Source: Octopus vulgaris
Lineage: Eukaryota
Direction of reading: 5' to 3'
NCBI GenBank assembly: GCA_951406725.2
Contig: OX597821.1
Span: 54,498,001-54,562,000 of the forward strand
DNA: 64,000 bases
Shown here: positions 38,201 to 51,029 of the stretch, piece by piece
Position numbering within the stretch: the stretch's first letter is position 1
Layout of the letters: each line of letters starts with the position of its first letter
Notes under the pieces: model-generated
Seen by the model: only the letters and a program-made list of their open reading frames with translations
Database searches by the model: none
Told to the model about the DNA's origin: nothing
Made by a program: the position numbers and the translations under genes

Positions 38201-38942
38201 GGATGCACAGGCTTTGTCTTTATCACCCAGTTTCATGCCAAAGTAAGTAAGGTAGGCTTTCTTCAGAAAATCTGTGATTTTGTTTGCTGCTTAGGTAAAG
38301 TGCAACATCTGCAAATATATAGCAGAAGACATTGGGGCCGTTTTGAATTTCCCTCTCTCAAAACTGGCCATATTTCTGAAACAGACCAGTTGAAATGCCA
38401 GCTCACTTGAGCAGAGATAGAACTCACAGAAAATTGCAGCACAAATGGGTGTGTGGCAAGATTAGCGAGTAATTCTAAAATGACTGGAGCCTCTGCAGTG
38501 GATGATAGATACCAAAGAAGGCAAGTCATCATCGCAACAACCATCTGACCAAAGCCTACATATTTTTCCTAAGTGCACCAATACCAACTGTGCATAGCCT
38601 ACCATTCTGCATCATGATCTTCAGATATAAAGGCCTGCCATCATCATCATATGTATGTGTGTATGCCTATATGGTGTATATATATATATATAGAAAGAAA
38701 GAGAGAGAAAGAATATGAGGGGTTTAGTTCACTTGTGATCTAAATGAATAAGTGCACTGGGTAAGCACTATAGTTGGTTGACCATTAGGTTCCAAGATCA
38801 TAGCTAAGGCGGGATCTAGGGATCCATGTTAGGGTTCCGTTATAGCATGTATATATTGTATTAGAGAGAAAAATCAAAACCAAGGTAGAATGAGTATCTC
38901 AAGTCATTTAGAATAATTTAATTAGGCTAAGGTGAATTTGAA

Positions 38943-39018
38943 GTCTTACAGCTATTTCTGGGATAACCCAAATGGTTGGTTAGCATGTCTGTATACTTGG
39001 TATTCCGTCATCAGAGAC
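38943..39018 (-). ncRNA. Type I hammerhead ribozyme motif (family B-like) in a Penelope-like fragment (~38850-39130)
   Basis: GUCU-CUGAUGA-CGGAAUA...UAUCCCA-GAAAU-AGCU-GUA-AGAC; same stem I and near-identical helix III as 19777; stem II imperfect. Confidence 0.7.
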
Positions 39019-40587
39019 ACGGTAGGAGTATTTTAGATGGGGAAAAATTTACGGTTTACAAGAAATAAAATTCACAGTTTAGAAGGAAGAAACTAGAAAA
39101 ATAAAGTAGTAAAATAGAAGAATAAAGAGTAAAATTAGTTAGAAGAATATTGGCAGAAGAACAATGTTCACAACTCATCTTTTTCTAGAGGATATAGATG
39201 TTGGTTGCTACTTCCATATGTATATTTAAATAATAAATACCAGCGTCATTGCAGCAGTTCTCTAGAATGTGGTTGTTGACAACATCGAACTCTTTTCCAG
39301 AGCTTTTGACTTGCAATTTTTTTCTCAGAGCTTAATCCCAAAGCCTTTTCCATGGCTGGGTATGGCTACAAGGCAATAAAGGTTTGGAATCAGAATTTTC
39401 GTTCCCCTAAATGGGTTGCCCCCCACCACCATCACCATGGCTAACAAGCTCCACGAGTGTTTGTTTTCATTTTATTCTCAACCATCTTATTTATACTTCA
39501 CATAATGCTCTTATGCCTTATGTTGAACTGTTTAATGGAATTGTGAAAAACAGTAAAAGCAGCTGCTGCAGTGATAGCAATGGTGACACAATGCGAAGAC
39601 AACAGCGATGACCAGGATGATTGCCATAGTGATTATATGACATATTATCTGGCTCTTGTTAATTGTTTGCCATAGTTCTATGATATTGGCTTTTCTACAT
39701 TGTTGCTTTTTTTTCATCTCTAGAAGTAAAATATTAAAATATTAAGGATTTCCATTGAAGTAGAATTTGAAGGGATATTTACAGCATTTCATATTCTAAG
39801 CTTTGACCTTTACAACCTTAATAGAAATGCCAGGAGCTTCAGAATCTACAATGAATGTATTGAAATATGGCTATATTGAAATAATAAAATGTATTATTCC
39901 TCATATTTTGAATCATCTACAATAGGATGAACTGAGAACTGAGTAATTAAATGTACTACATGACATTGTATGCTGTTTATTAAAAAGTTAATTAAAAAGA
40001 GAATTATAACTAAATATTAGCTGGAGTTCCAACAGGAATATTGATAAAGGCTATGAAGAAATAGATAGCCAAAGGATTAGGTTAACTGATTTTAGAATTA
40101 GCTGTGTGATTAGTTTTGTGTGGTTTTACCAGATTCTATAGTTTGGAAAGATATTAACCTATTCATAGCAGCATGCAGTGTTGCCGGATTCATGAATCAT
40201 TGATGTTTTAAGATTGCTTTTCTACTTTTCTTTTTATCTAAACATAGCATATATTGGACAGATGTGTAATTATGGTATAAAACAAAAGGGAGATAAATAT
40301 ATATAAAGAAAGAAAGATAAAAAGAAAGAAAGAATGAAATACAGGTTAGTTAAAAGTCTTTATCTTGCATCATCATCCTATATGATTGAATACCATACTC
40401 AGATCTCACTCTATGCTTATCAGCATAATTTGGGAACCACAGCACATTAAGGATAAGATTTCAGTATAAAATGGGAATATAAAAATTATTAAGTTGATAG
40501 CAAATTTAAGAACGCAGCCATACAAAACTAAGTGCAGAATTATATTGAACATTCAGACTCCAGTTCTATGAGGCTAAACTCAGATAA

Positions 40588-41755
40588 AAATAATTACAGA
40601 GGTATCAAATTGCTGGACCAGGTGATGAAAGTTGTGGAGAGAGTGATAGCCCAATTAATTAGGAAGAGAATTAGACTAGATGAAATGCAGTACAAGCCAA
40701 GTACAAGGTTGCTGTTAGTAAGGTAAAAGTTATCCATGGGTACAGTGATGAATTTAGTGTACAGGTAAGTGTTCACCAAGGCTAGGTCCTCAGCTACCTG
40801 CTTTTCATTATCGTCTTCAAAGCAATAACAAAGGAATTTAAGGTTGAAAGCCCATGGAAATTTTGATGGGGATCTGGCCCTCTCAGTAGAATTAGAAAAT
40901 GTAAAAATCCAGGTGAGGCACCAGAACAAGGAACCAAAGTGTTTTAAAGTTAACCTAACAAAGACAAGGTCCTAATTAGTAAGAAATCAGACAGGACCCT
41001 TCACCCTTCAGATAAATGCCTCTACTCAATATGTAAGAAGAGTGTGTTGGCTGAAATTCCATTTAGTGTACCCAGTGCAAGCTATGGACACACAGAGAAA
41101 GTAGTGTTTGAATGTGGAAGATGTACAAGATTCATAGAGACCACAGATACATGGGAACTGATTTCTTCAAATATCCCAAAAGCTCTCTGGAAATTGTAGG
41201 TAGGTTTTGGTGCCTAGACGACCTAATTAGTAGCAGAGGAGGGTATACATAAAGTGTAAATACTGGAATGTGAATAGGATGGGTTTTTATCCCTGTTGGC
41301 AACCAAAGGTCTCTCTCTTTAAGTAAAAGGAAGATTGTATGATGCATGTGTATGAACTGCAATGCTACACGGTAGTGAGAAGTGGTTCTGAATGTAGAGG
41401 ATGTACAAAGACTAGAGAGGAATGAAGCTGGTATGCTTCACAGGATGTGCAATATCAGTGTACATGTGCAACAGAGCACTATTGTATTGACAGAAAATTT
41501 AAGCATAAGAAGAATTATATGCAATGTGCAAGAGAGGACACTGTGCTGATTTGGTCATGTGATATGGACAGTTGCATAAAGAGGAGCTGATTTAAATAAT
41601 CTCCCTCTTAAAATAAGTGGAAAGTTGTGAAAGAGGGAGACCCAAGAATACATGGGACAAAGTATTGAAGGCTGATCTCAAAAATGCTGAGTCTTACGAA
41701 GGAGATGACAGAGAACCAAGTTATATGACATACTGCAGTACTCAAGAAGATCTGC
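40588..41755 (+). pseudogene. RTE (BovB-like) RT to C-terminus remnant
   Basis: NNYRGIKLLDQVMKVVERVIAQLIRKRIRLDEMQ..VHQG..AMLHGSEKW..RLERNEAGMLHRMCNIS..FGHV..RGRPKNTWDKVLKADLK. Confidence 0.9.
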
Positions 41756-41779
41756 CTACCTCAACGCAATTGAATTCCT

Positions 41780-42085
41780 AAAACCAATGTGCCATGAAAA
41801 ATGTGTTGGTGATGGTACTGGTGCCATGTAAAATGCAATCATGCTGTTGCCACATAAAAAGCACTGGTGAGGGTGCCACGTAAAAAGCATTAGTAATAAT
41901 GTCACATAAAAAGCACCTAGTATACTCTGTAAAGTGGTTGGTGTTAGAAAGGGCATCCAGCTGTAGAAACCAAGTGAACGGGAATGAGGTGCAGCTACTG
42001 GCCTTGTCATTTCTTATCAGGTCAATCAGTCCATGCAAGCATGGAAAGTAGCTGTTAAATGATGACGACGATGATGATGATGATC
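41780..42085 (+). mobile_element. RTE-related tail/SINE with tandem GCCA(C/T)(G/A)TAAAAAGCA repeats
   Basis: Homologous to 36455-36755 and 57830-58240; ends in (GAT)n. Confidence 0.75.
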
Positions 42086-43256
42086 GACATAAGGCTAGAC
42101 TTAAGATTATATTCAACTTAAAGAGAGTTATGTCAACGTTAAAGAACTAACTATATGAGTAACTCAAAGTTACTCACCTTTGAGAGACCAGCAATATGAA
42201 ATTTGACTGTAGTTTAATAATATCAACATAATGCTGGATTCAATGTTAGATTTTTCATTAAGAAAGAAATCATTTGAGGTTAGATACAAAGTTAAAACAC
42301 AAGATTAAGAAATCAGCTATGCAAGGTTAGACAGGGGTTAAGAGACCAGCTGTAGGAAGCTGGGCTTAGGATGCTTGATTTATGTCCAATATTATACAAA
42401 GGAGAAGGAGACAGGATGCATTTCCAAAAGTTACTAAAAGCTTAAGTAAATTTTGCATAAGTCAATATTTTAGAATTCAAAGAAGTAGGTCTTTCCTACA
42501 AAGCATTTTTAAAAAATACATAGAAAAATTTTGATACATAGAAAAATGGTTGATACATAGAAAAGTATCAACCATTTGAAACAAGATTTCTACAATGGTA
42601 TTTATAGGTTTCTGCTATCAACTGTAGAATGTTTGTTATTGTTTTGAGTGCCAGCTGAGTTCTGATGAAACTTTATCAAACCACTGGATGGCACTGACAA
42701 AGTACTGGCTCTAGATATACCATACCTGTCTGAAGACTATGCTGAACAGGTTAACATTTGAACCTACAGATACAGATGCTAGCTACAGCAGACATGGACA
42801 AGATAGATTCCACCAGAGCACAACAGTAGCTTTTTCTCTACACTTTATATTGGATAAATTAATGGTTTCAAAACATTTTGCTTAATTGATTATTTCCATT
42901 CATTGTCAGATTTATTACATTTACAGTAATATATTTTGTTCAGTACTCATAATGATAATGGCTGTGAAATTAAAAATGTTTGCTTTATATTATGAGTCTA
43001 GTAATTATTGTGGATAATGCCAACGACAACAATTTGAGTAAAATACTAGTCATATTCAGATAATTACAATATAAAAGTAGAATTTTTTTTCCATTTTAAA
43101 TAATTCCATTATTGAATGTACCAGGTGTGCTATTAAGACATTCCTCAATATATTAAAGTCAAGGAGAAGGATCAAGGGGAGGGGAAAAAATAAAATGAGT
43201 TATTTGAAATGCAACAAAAATGGTTCAGACATTTTTTGATTCAATATGTAATAAGA

Positions 43257-43462
43257 AGGCAGCGAGCTGGGCAAAATGCTTAGCAGAATTTCATCTGTCT
43301 TTATGTTCTGAGTTCAAATTCCACCAAGGTTGACTTTACCTTTCATCCTTTCAGGGTCAATTAAATAAGTACCAGTTGTGCACTGGGATCGATGTAATCG
43401 ACTTAATCTGTCTTTGTTTGCCCCCTCTATGCTTAGCCCCTTGTGGGCAATAAAGAAATAAA
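43257..43462 (+). mobile_element. SINE family 2 copy
   Basis: AGGCAGCGAGCTGG..GAGTTCAAATTCC (B box)..CCTTTCATCCTTTCAGGGTCAATTAAATAAGTACCAG, a conserved central block resembling Meta/Nin-type SINE domains. Confidence 0.85.
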
Positions 43463-43492
43463 TATGTGAGAAAAAGGATATTTTTATTTAAC

Positions 43493-44673
43493 TACTGGGT
43501 TGTTAGATAAATTTGTTTGTTTTTTTTCCTTTATAATCCCTACTTTTCATCACCAATTTTAACAAATTAGTCAATAATATATTCTCCTTCATTGTTCACT
43601 TGTTGCCAATGTTCCTCTAGCATGCCAATGTCTTGACAATACAAATTACTCAACTTAGCTGCATGTTGTAGTTGAACAAATGCTTCACAGACTTTTGAAG
43701 AACATCCAAAAAAAGGTAATAATCTGAAGGAGCTATATCAGGAGAATATTAATTGGTATGGTAGAACTTGCCAACTGAGCTTTTGAATAGCATTTTTAGC
43801 CAAATTAGTAACATGGCAGTGAGCATTGTCATGTTAAAGAAGTACACTGTGTTGTCAGTTGATTTGTTATGGCTGGATTGACTCTTTGAGCTGGTGCATC
43901 TGTTGAATACAAAGCTCAGCATTAACTGTGTAGTTGTTTTCAAGCATTATGCAGTGGATAACCCTTTTTCAGTCTCACCTAAACAGGGCATTCTCTTGCA
44001 TGAATGCAGCTCTGGTTTGACTCAATGAGTCGCTCACTTGTCAGAAGCCTGCCATTCTTTCCTCTGCTTCATAATGACATAAGAACATTATTTCTCATCA
44101 GCAGTGACAATGCAGTAAAGAAATCATTGTTTGTATCCATGAGCTACCAGGTGTCAAGTGAGCAAACTGGCAGTGATAGAAGAGCACTGGAGGTTCTCTT
44201 TCATTCAGAGTGTGTAGCTCTCGTGCATCAAGTTTTTGAACCTCATCCATTGAGTGAAGGTGACAAACAATGGCTGCTGGGCCAATTCCCTAGTGGAAAT
44301 GCATGGATTCTCATGGATGAACTTGTTCATTTGTTTCTAATTGAACTGAACAGGTCAGGTAGAACATGAAGAGTAAGATTGAAATGTGAAAACAATTTCT
44401 GTGTAGTTTTTTCAGTAATAATGCCTTCTCTGTACAAGACTGTCTTGAGCAGCTTTGGCAGCTTTGGAACCTTGACTGAAAGCAAAGAGAAGCAAGTGTC
44501 AAAAATCTTCATTTTTTCTCTCTACTATTTCAGTATTGTTCAAATGTCAGAGACAATAAACAAAAGTTGTAGAAGAAGAATAAATTTACAAAAACACCAC
44601 AGAACACAATAATAGAAATATGTTTTGTGTTGATTCAAATAGCATCAAAAAGAATTTACCCGGCAACCTAATA
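43493..44673 (-). mobile_element. Decayed full-length Tc1/mariner element
   Basis: Imperfect TIRs TACTGGGTTGTTAGATAAATT (43493) and AATTTACCCGGCAACCTAATA (44653-44673); minus-strand remnants include FFTALSLLMRNNV (the ITxDE region), YSPDIAPSDYYLF and LEEHWQQVNNEGEYII. Confidence 0.75.
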
Positions 44674-45341
44674 TTTTTAATTTATTTAAACTTTTCAGAT
44701 ATCTTATAGAAAACAAAAAACCTGCAGAACAACAGTTTGTTTTTGACTTTTTTGTCCAGTGTACAAGAAAATGTTTTCTAAAGCCACCAGTTTAGAAATA
44801 TTTCTCTTCAATCATTTACAGGTAATTACTCCTTTCTCTATAATAATGTTCAGATTATTGCAAAATGTTACCAAGGAAATTTCTCCAGCAGGTGTACCAC
44901 TTCAAATCACATTTCTATAAAGTTCTCTAAAACTTTCATTTCCTCATCTGTCAAATATTCTTTAGTTTTGATGGAACTATTTTTTGTTCTTGATTTTCTA
45001 TGTGGTTGTCCTTTTAACAACTATTTTTTGTAACATCTTTCCTTTTTTCTTCTTTTCTCATATTTTTACATTTTACATATTTTCCAGTTTTTTCATGTGA
45101 AAGAAGCCTGTAAAAATGTGATTTTCAGAAATACATTCTTTGTTACCAGTATTTGCAATACTGAAATCTGACAATGGTCAGTAAATACTTTGGTTCTATT
45201 TCAGCAAATGTTACCCAACAAATGTGAGGAAAATGTCCCAATGATGAGATACATGGTGTTAGACCTGTAGAATATCGCGGCATGGAAAACCAAGATTTCA
45301 GTAAAATCAAACAACTTAGCAGGTAAACCTAAACATATATA

Positions 45342-46025
45342 GGTGCAGGCGTGGCTGTGTGGTAAGAAGCTTACTTCTTAGGGTGGTGAGCTGGTAGAAA
45401 CGTTAGCAAGCCAGGCGAAATGCTTAGCAGTATTTCGTCTGCTGTTATGTTCTGAGTTCAAATTCCACCGAGGTCTACTTTGCCTTTCATCCTTTCGGGG
45501 TCGATTAAATAAATACCAGTTACGGACTGGGGTCGATGTAATCGACTTAATCCGTGTGTCTGTCCTTGTTTGTTCCCTCTGTGTTTAGCCCCTTGTGGGT
45601 ATTAAAGAAATAGGTATTTTATCTGCCACTATGTTCTAAGTTCAAATTCTGCTGAGGTTGACTTTGCCTTTCATCCTTTGAATACAAAGCTCAGCATTAA
45701 ATGTGTGGTTGTTTTCAAGTATTATGCAGTGGATAACCCTCTTCCAATCTCACCAAAACAGGGCATTCTCTTGCATGAATGCAGCTCTGGTTTGACTCAA
45801 CGAGTTGCTCGCAATTGACTTAATCCCTTTGTCTGTCCTTGTTTGTTCCCTCTATGTTTAGCCCCTTGTGGGCAATAAAGAAATAAGAAGCTTACTTCCT
45901 TATGATAAGATTCTGGGTTCAGTCCTTGGGCGAGTGTATTCCATTATAGCTTTGGGCAGGCCAAAGCTTTTTGAGTGATTTGGTAGACAGAAACAGAAAA
46001 AAAGAAGCTTGTCATGTGTGTGTGA

Positions 46026-46090
<65 letters not shown>

Positions 46091-46310
46091 TGTGTGTGTG
46101 TGTGTGTTTGTGTCTGTGTTTGTCCCCCACCCCTACTTGACAACTACTGCTGGTGTGTTTACATTCCTGTAACTTAGTGGCTCAGCAAAAGAGACCAATA
46201 GACTAAGTATGTGGCTTAAAAAAAAGCAAAACTGGAGTCAAGTCATTTGACAAAAAATTTTTCAAGACAGTGCCCCAGTATGGCCACAGTTTAATGAGTG
46301 AAACAAGTAA
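45342..46310 (+). mobile_element. SINE family 1 copy interrupted by two tandem family 2 SINEs (45381-45885)
   Basis: TAAGAAGCTTACTTC occurs on both sides of the insert (45363-45377 and 45884-45898), consistent with a TSD. Confidence 0.85.
45678..45810 (+). repeat. Direct copy of 43903-44035 inside a SINE
   Basis: 133-bp ungapped match with about 9 mismatches by hand count; it replaces part of the family 2 SINE body. Confidence 0.9.
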
Positions 46311-46965
46311 AGCATAATGGGTTAAAACTGTTGTGTCACCATAAAATGCAAGCATGTATATTGTCAGTATACTGCATAAATATGGACATTAGCAAGAAAA
46401 AGGTTACTGTTTATAAGCAAGTTCACATTCATATGTGTATGTTCATATGTCATTAGATCCATCAGTGTGTGTATGTGTGTCTATGTACATGTGTAATTGT
46501 GTGTGTGAGGAAGACCAGTATTCACCTTTGCATGCAAGTTTCCTTTCTCCACAATGCAAAGGGAAAGCCAAGGTCAATATAACAATGTCAGTTATATCGC
46601 AGACAATGCCTTCACAAGAGAAGCAAATTGCACATGGCTAAAACAGAGAGTTCATCATTTGGTGCCCTATCAATACTGCTAATCCACCGGTTCTGAGAGT
46701 CAAAACAAAAATTGCAAGGATTTCTATTTGGTTCCCTAATATCCGAATTTGGCACATCTTTGTAAACACACATGCATACAAACATACACATGCAATAATA
46801 TGTACACGCAAGGTAAGGTAAAAAAATGAATAAAATATTCGAAATTAGAAAATAAGCAACACTGGATAAATGAAAAGAAGATGTATTTTCATTCATTTAG
46901 GAAACATTTAAATAAAACCAAATATATTTTCTCAAACTCATAGTTATGAACTAAACTTTTATATA

Positions 46966-47565
46966 TAGGCATGGCTGTGTGGTAAGAAGCTTGCTTCCCA
47001 ACTACATGGTTCCAGGTTCAGTCCCACAACGTGACACCTTGGGCAAGTGTCTTCTACTATAGCCTCAGGATGTACAAAGCCTTGGGAGTAGATTTGGTCG
47101 ATGAAAACTGAAAGAAGTGCATTATATAAATGTATGTGTGTGTGCACGTGTGTTTGTGTGTGTACATGAGTGTGCATTTGTCTTTGTGTCTATGTATTCC
47201 CCCTTCCCACTACCACTTGACAACCGGTGCTAGTGTGTTTACATCCCCATAATTTAGCAGTTCAGCAAAACGAGACCAATAGAATAAGTACCAGGCCTTA
47301 AAAAAAATAAATACTGCAGGTGATATATTCTACTAAAAATTCTTCGAGGCAGTACTCCAGCATGGCCACAGTTTAACAACTGAAACAAGTAACAGATAAA
47401 AGATATAGATGGCACAGACATGGCTGTATGGTAAGAACTTTGTTTCCTAACCACATGATTCCGAGTTCTCTCCGACTGTGTGTCACCTTGGGCAAATATC
47501 TTCTACTATGGGCTGACCAAAGACTTGTGAGTAAATTTGGTAAAAGGAAACTGAAAGAGCCCTGT
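46966..47565 (+). mobile_element. SINE family 1 full copy (46966-47403) plus a second 5' part
   Basis: Consensus match. Confidence 0.85.
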
Positions 47566-48099
47566 CTAAAAACTAAGCTAAGAGCATTAGATTACTTGGA
47601 AGAAAGTAGTGAATGTATACAAAAACAAGGACGGAAAAAACAGACGTTACACAAATACGATAAAAATAATAACAGGACATAACAACAGGTGTCTTTCGAC
47701 TAAGGGCAAATTAAATTAAGCTGTCATGTGTGGAAATGAAGCCTAATGGCAGGGATAGAAGTGTAAAATCATTGAGTGTTAAAGTATTACTATTACACTT
47801 TCACTTTTCGACTAACATGCATGTTAGTATGTATAAAAGTGAAACAGTAACGTGATATATTCCACTGTCTGTTTGTGTGTGTGTTTGTGTGTTTGTGTGT
47901 GTGTGTGTGTGTGTACTCTATGCACAACCTTCCCTTGTTTATAATCTGTACTCGTTTTTTGGTTACAAAATAAGTTAGACAAATGTGTATTTACTTTATA
48001 TACATATATGAGCTGAAAACTTTCTTTTCACATTTCACCTAACGTCTATGTTCCATGCTGGCATGTGTTGCAGAGTTATGTAGAAAGTTGGTATCTCAT

Positions 48100-48189
48100 T
48101 TACTAGTAGTTGAGACCAGTATAATCTTTACGGTGTTTTTAAATTTCATTATTTCCTTTAACCCGGGCAACGCCGGGTATTTCTGTTAG
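48100..48189 (+). mobile_element. Helitron 3' terminus (5' boundary not determined)
   Basis: Hairpin ACCCGG(GCAACG)CCGGGT at 48161-48178 then TTCTGTTAG, like the end at 18461-18489. Confidence 0.65.
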
Positions 48190-48205
48190 CATTTTATATA
48201 TATAC

Positions 48206-48305
<100 letters not shown>

Positions 48306-48653
48306 TCATCATCATCATCATCGTTTAACGTCCGTTCTCCATGCTAGCATGGGTTGGACGGTTCGACCGGGTATTAACAGTTATATTTTTCAAAGCTTAT
48401 AATAGAAATGACAAAGGAGCACATTCAGCATATTTTGCTTTATGAGTTCTGTTACATCTTTATGGATAAGCGAATACACTGCAACAGTGTAATAACAATA
48501 TAGTTGAAACAAACGACAGTAACCCCACAGAACATAACAACAATCTTTTAAGAACCAACAATCCAATATGTTAACTCAAACTGTATACTTTGAACTCCAG
48601 CTTTGAACTATCAACACACAAACTGTGGAACTAGCACAAACTACCTCACTTAC

Positions 48654-48805
48654 ATTATTTACATTTGACGGATATTTGTCCTCATCTTGTTTGTTGTTAA
48701 CACATTTCAGCTGATATAACCTCCAGCTTTCATCAGGTGTCTTGCGGAAATTTCGAACCTGGGTTCTCATTCCTAAGGTATTTTTTGATGTTGTTGTTGT
48801 TGTTA

Positions 48806-48841
<36 letters not shown>

Positions 48842-48851
48842 TCACTGCTTG

Positions 48852-48910
<59 letters not shown>

Positions 48911-49093
48911 GCAATAATAACATCAAAAAATACCTTAGGAATGAAAACACAGGTTCGAAATTTCACCAAGACACCTGATGAAGGCTGGAAGGTATATCAG
49001 CCGAAACGTTGTGTTAACAACAAACAAGATGAGGACAAATATCCGTCAAATGTAAATAATGTACATAATTCCTCATCTCTTAAATATAGAACT
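48654..49093. mobile_element. Foldback Penelope-like insertion (HHR family E) with 13-bp TSD
   Basis: Inverted arms ~48651-48790 and ~48919-49063 around (ATT)n/(AAT)n; CTACCTCACTTAC at 48641-48653 and 49094-49106. Confidence 0.85.
48971..49014 (+). ncRNA. Minimal type I hammerhead ribozyme motif
   Basis: ACAC-CUGAUGA-A-GGCUG(GAAGGUAUAU)CAGCC-GAAAC-GUU-GUGU. Confidence 0.85.
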
Positions 49094-49894
49094 CTACCTC
49101 ACTTACTCAGTCTGCTACTGTTTATATGTAGTGGTCCAGTCCATTGTCACCAGGCAGCAGTGTACTCTAACACAACATCTCACCTTTTGAAATTTCGGGT
49201 TCCAAACAAATAAAGAAATTTTTTATTTATATACATATACATTTTTTTAAGATTATATCTTGTGCATAGGCATTATCTCAAGGTGTTCGGTCCGCTTTCT
49301 TTTTCTCATGCTGGTTCTACATGACTCTATTACTTTTGATCAAAATATTGTCCAAGTACTGAATTGCAAATTCACAATCAGATAGCATAGTATCCATAAT
49401 TTGCTGAAATATTGTTGGTGCCACTTTTAATCCAAAAGGTGATCATGTGTATCAGTACAATCCTCTGCGTGTATTTATTGCCAAATACTTTGAGCATTTT
49501 TCATTTACTTTTATCTGTAAATAGGCTTCAGACAGGTCAAATTTGGAAAAAATTTTTCCCTCATTTAACTTTGATAAAATGTCCTCTGAAGTTGGGAGTG
49601 GATGGTGATATGCTTTTGAGCAGTCATTCAGTCCTGTAGAGAAATCAGCACACAGCCTGATCTTATTATTATTAAACATCATGTTTAAGATTTACTGTAG
49701 TTTGACATTCTTCTGCGGAGGTCTGTAGAGGTAATACCTAGTTCACTTGCTCCATTTACAAGAGAATCATCCATGACCAAATTTCTCTGTCTTCAGGTGC
49801 TATAAGTTCTTGCACAAAGGTAAGTGATTTGAACATATCCTGAGTGAGATCCTGGAGTTTGAAATTTTCACACATACGGTTGACAACTCCAGCA

Positions 49895-50258
49895 TCTCTA
49901 TATATATAAACGGCAAAATGTTTGTGTGTGTGTCCTTTTTACAAATCCACAATTTTTTAGTTAGAAGGCTCGCAATGTCTATGGTCATTCAAAACTGTCC
50001 AAGGGTGATCGTGCACATCTTAACATTTCCCCAGTCCCCCTGCAAAGCCATTAAAAAATCAATAAAAGTGACTCTTTTGTGAATTTTCTATCCAAAACCT
50101 AATCAAAATGCCCAAAACTTGATACGCCAATTGAATGCCAGCTAGCTGTATGTGATTGGTCGGAGATTTGGACAGTACTCACGTGTATGTGCGCACGCAC
50201 ACAGCTGTATATGCATGCACTAGCACTATGACCTGGCGTTGCTGGGTCATAGTGCTAG
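49895..50258 (+). mobile_element. Non-autonomous Helitron (364 bp)
   Basis: A|TCTCTATATATATAAA 5' end, CTAG|T 3' end, subterminal hairpin, inserted at an AT dinucleotide with no TSD. Confidence 0.85.
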
Positions 50259-51029
50259 TAGGTGATAAAATCCTCCTCCTCATTTTTTTGTTAAGTCCTA
50301 ACACTCCATTCTGGTGTTGAGTAATGAACTTCTACCACAAATTACTTTTGGAAACAGTTCCATGCTTTCTTGGAAAGCAATCACATTGAACTTTTCAGGC
50401 AGAATAAAGTTACAGTAATGCACATGTTCGTCAGGAGCTACCCTGTGTAGTGAAACCCTTACTTTCTGCTCTTCCAATCTTGACATGCACTCGTTAAAAA
50501 TTTCTTCGTATCTTATATTTATGGGAAATGTAATACCCACCTCTAGATTATATACAGAAATTCAGAAATTACTTTAGCCATGCTGTCTGGTGTAATGAGC
50601 TTACAGGATTTTTAGACTTCACCGACTGTAAATCAATTGTTGTTGTTGTTGTAGTTGTAGTGTTTGTTTTTTCAGCTCCTGTAGTTGTCCCAATTACTTC
50701 TCTTGAAGCTGTACTATGGTGGCTAATAGGATTTCCATGATGGAGAAATTGCCAAATAACCAATGTGAGTTTCAAACAACCCTTGTCGCCAGATTTTATA
50801 TCCTTATGGATTAATTAATACACTGTTACAGTGTAATAACAATATAATCGAAACAAATGGCAGTAACCATAAAGAATGTAACAACAACCTTTCAAGAACC
50901 AACAATCTAACATGCTAACTCAAACTTCAAACTTTGAACAACTCCAAATTTGAACTATCTCACTTACTGCCTCATTTACTCAAACCGCTACTATTAATTT
51001 GTGGTGGTCCAGTTCATTCTCAACAGGGG

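Noticed and set aside
42532-42578. Short direct repeat plus 13-bp hairpin (AAATGGTTGATAC/GTATCAACCATTT)
   Set aside because: A single small local duplication/inversion with no other supporting feature.
48737-49213. 158-aa ORF with poly-L/poly-I, and the many YIYI/CVCV/HTHT/NNN ORFs in the track
   Set aside because: These are translations of microsatellites and repeats.
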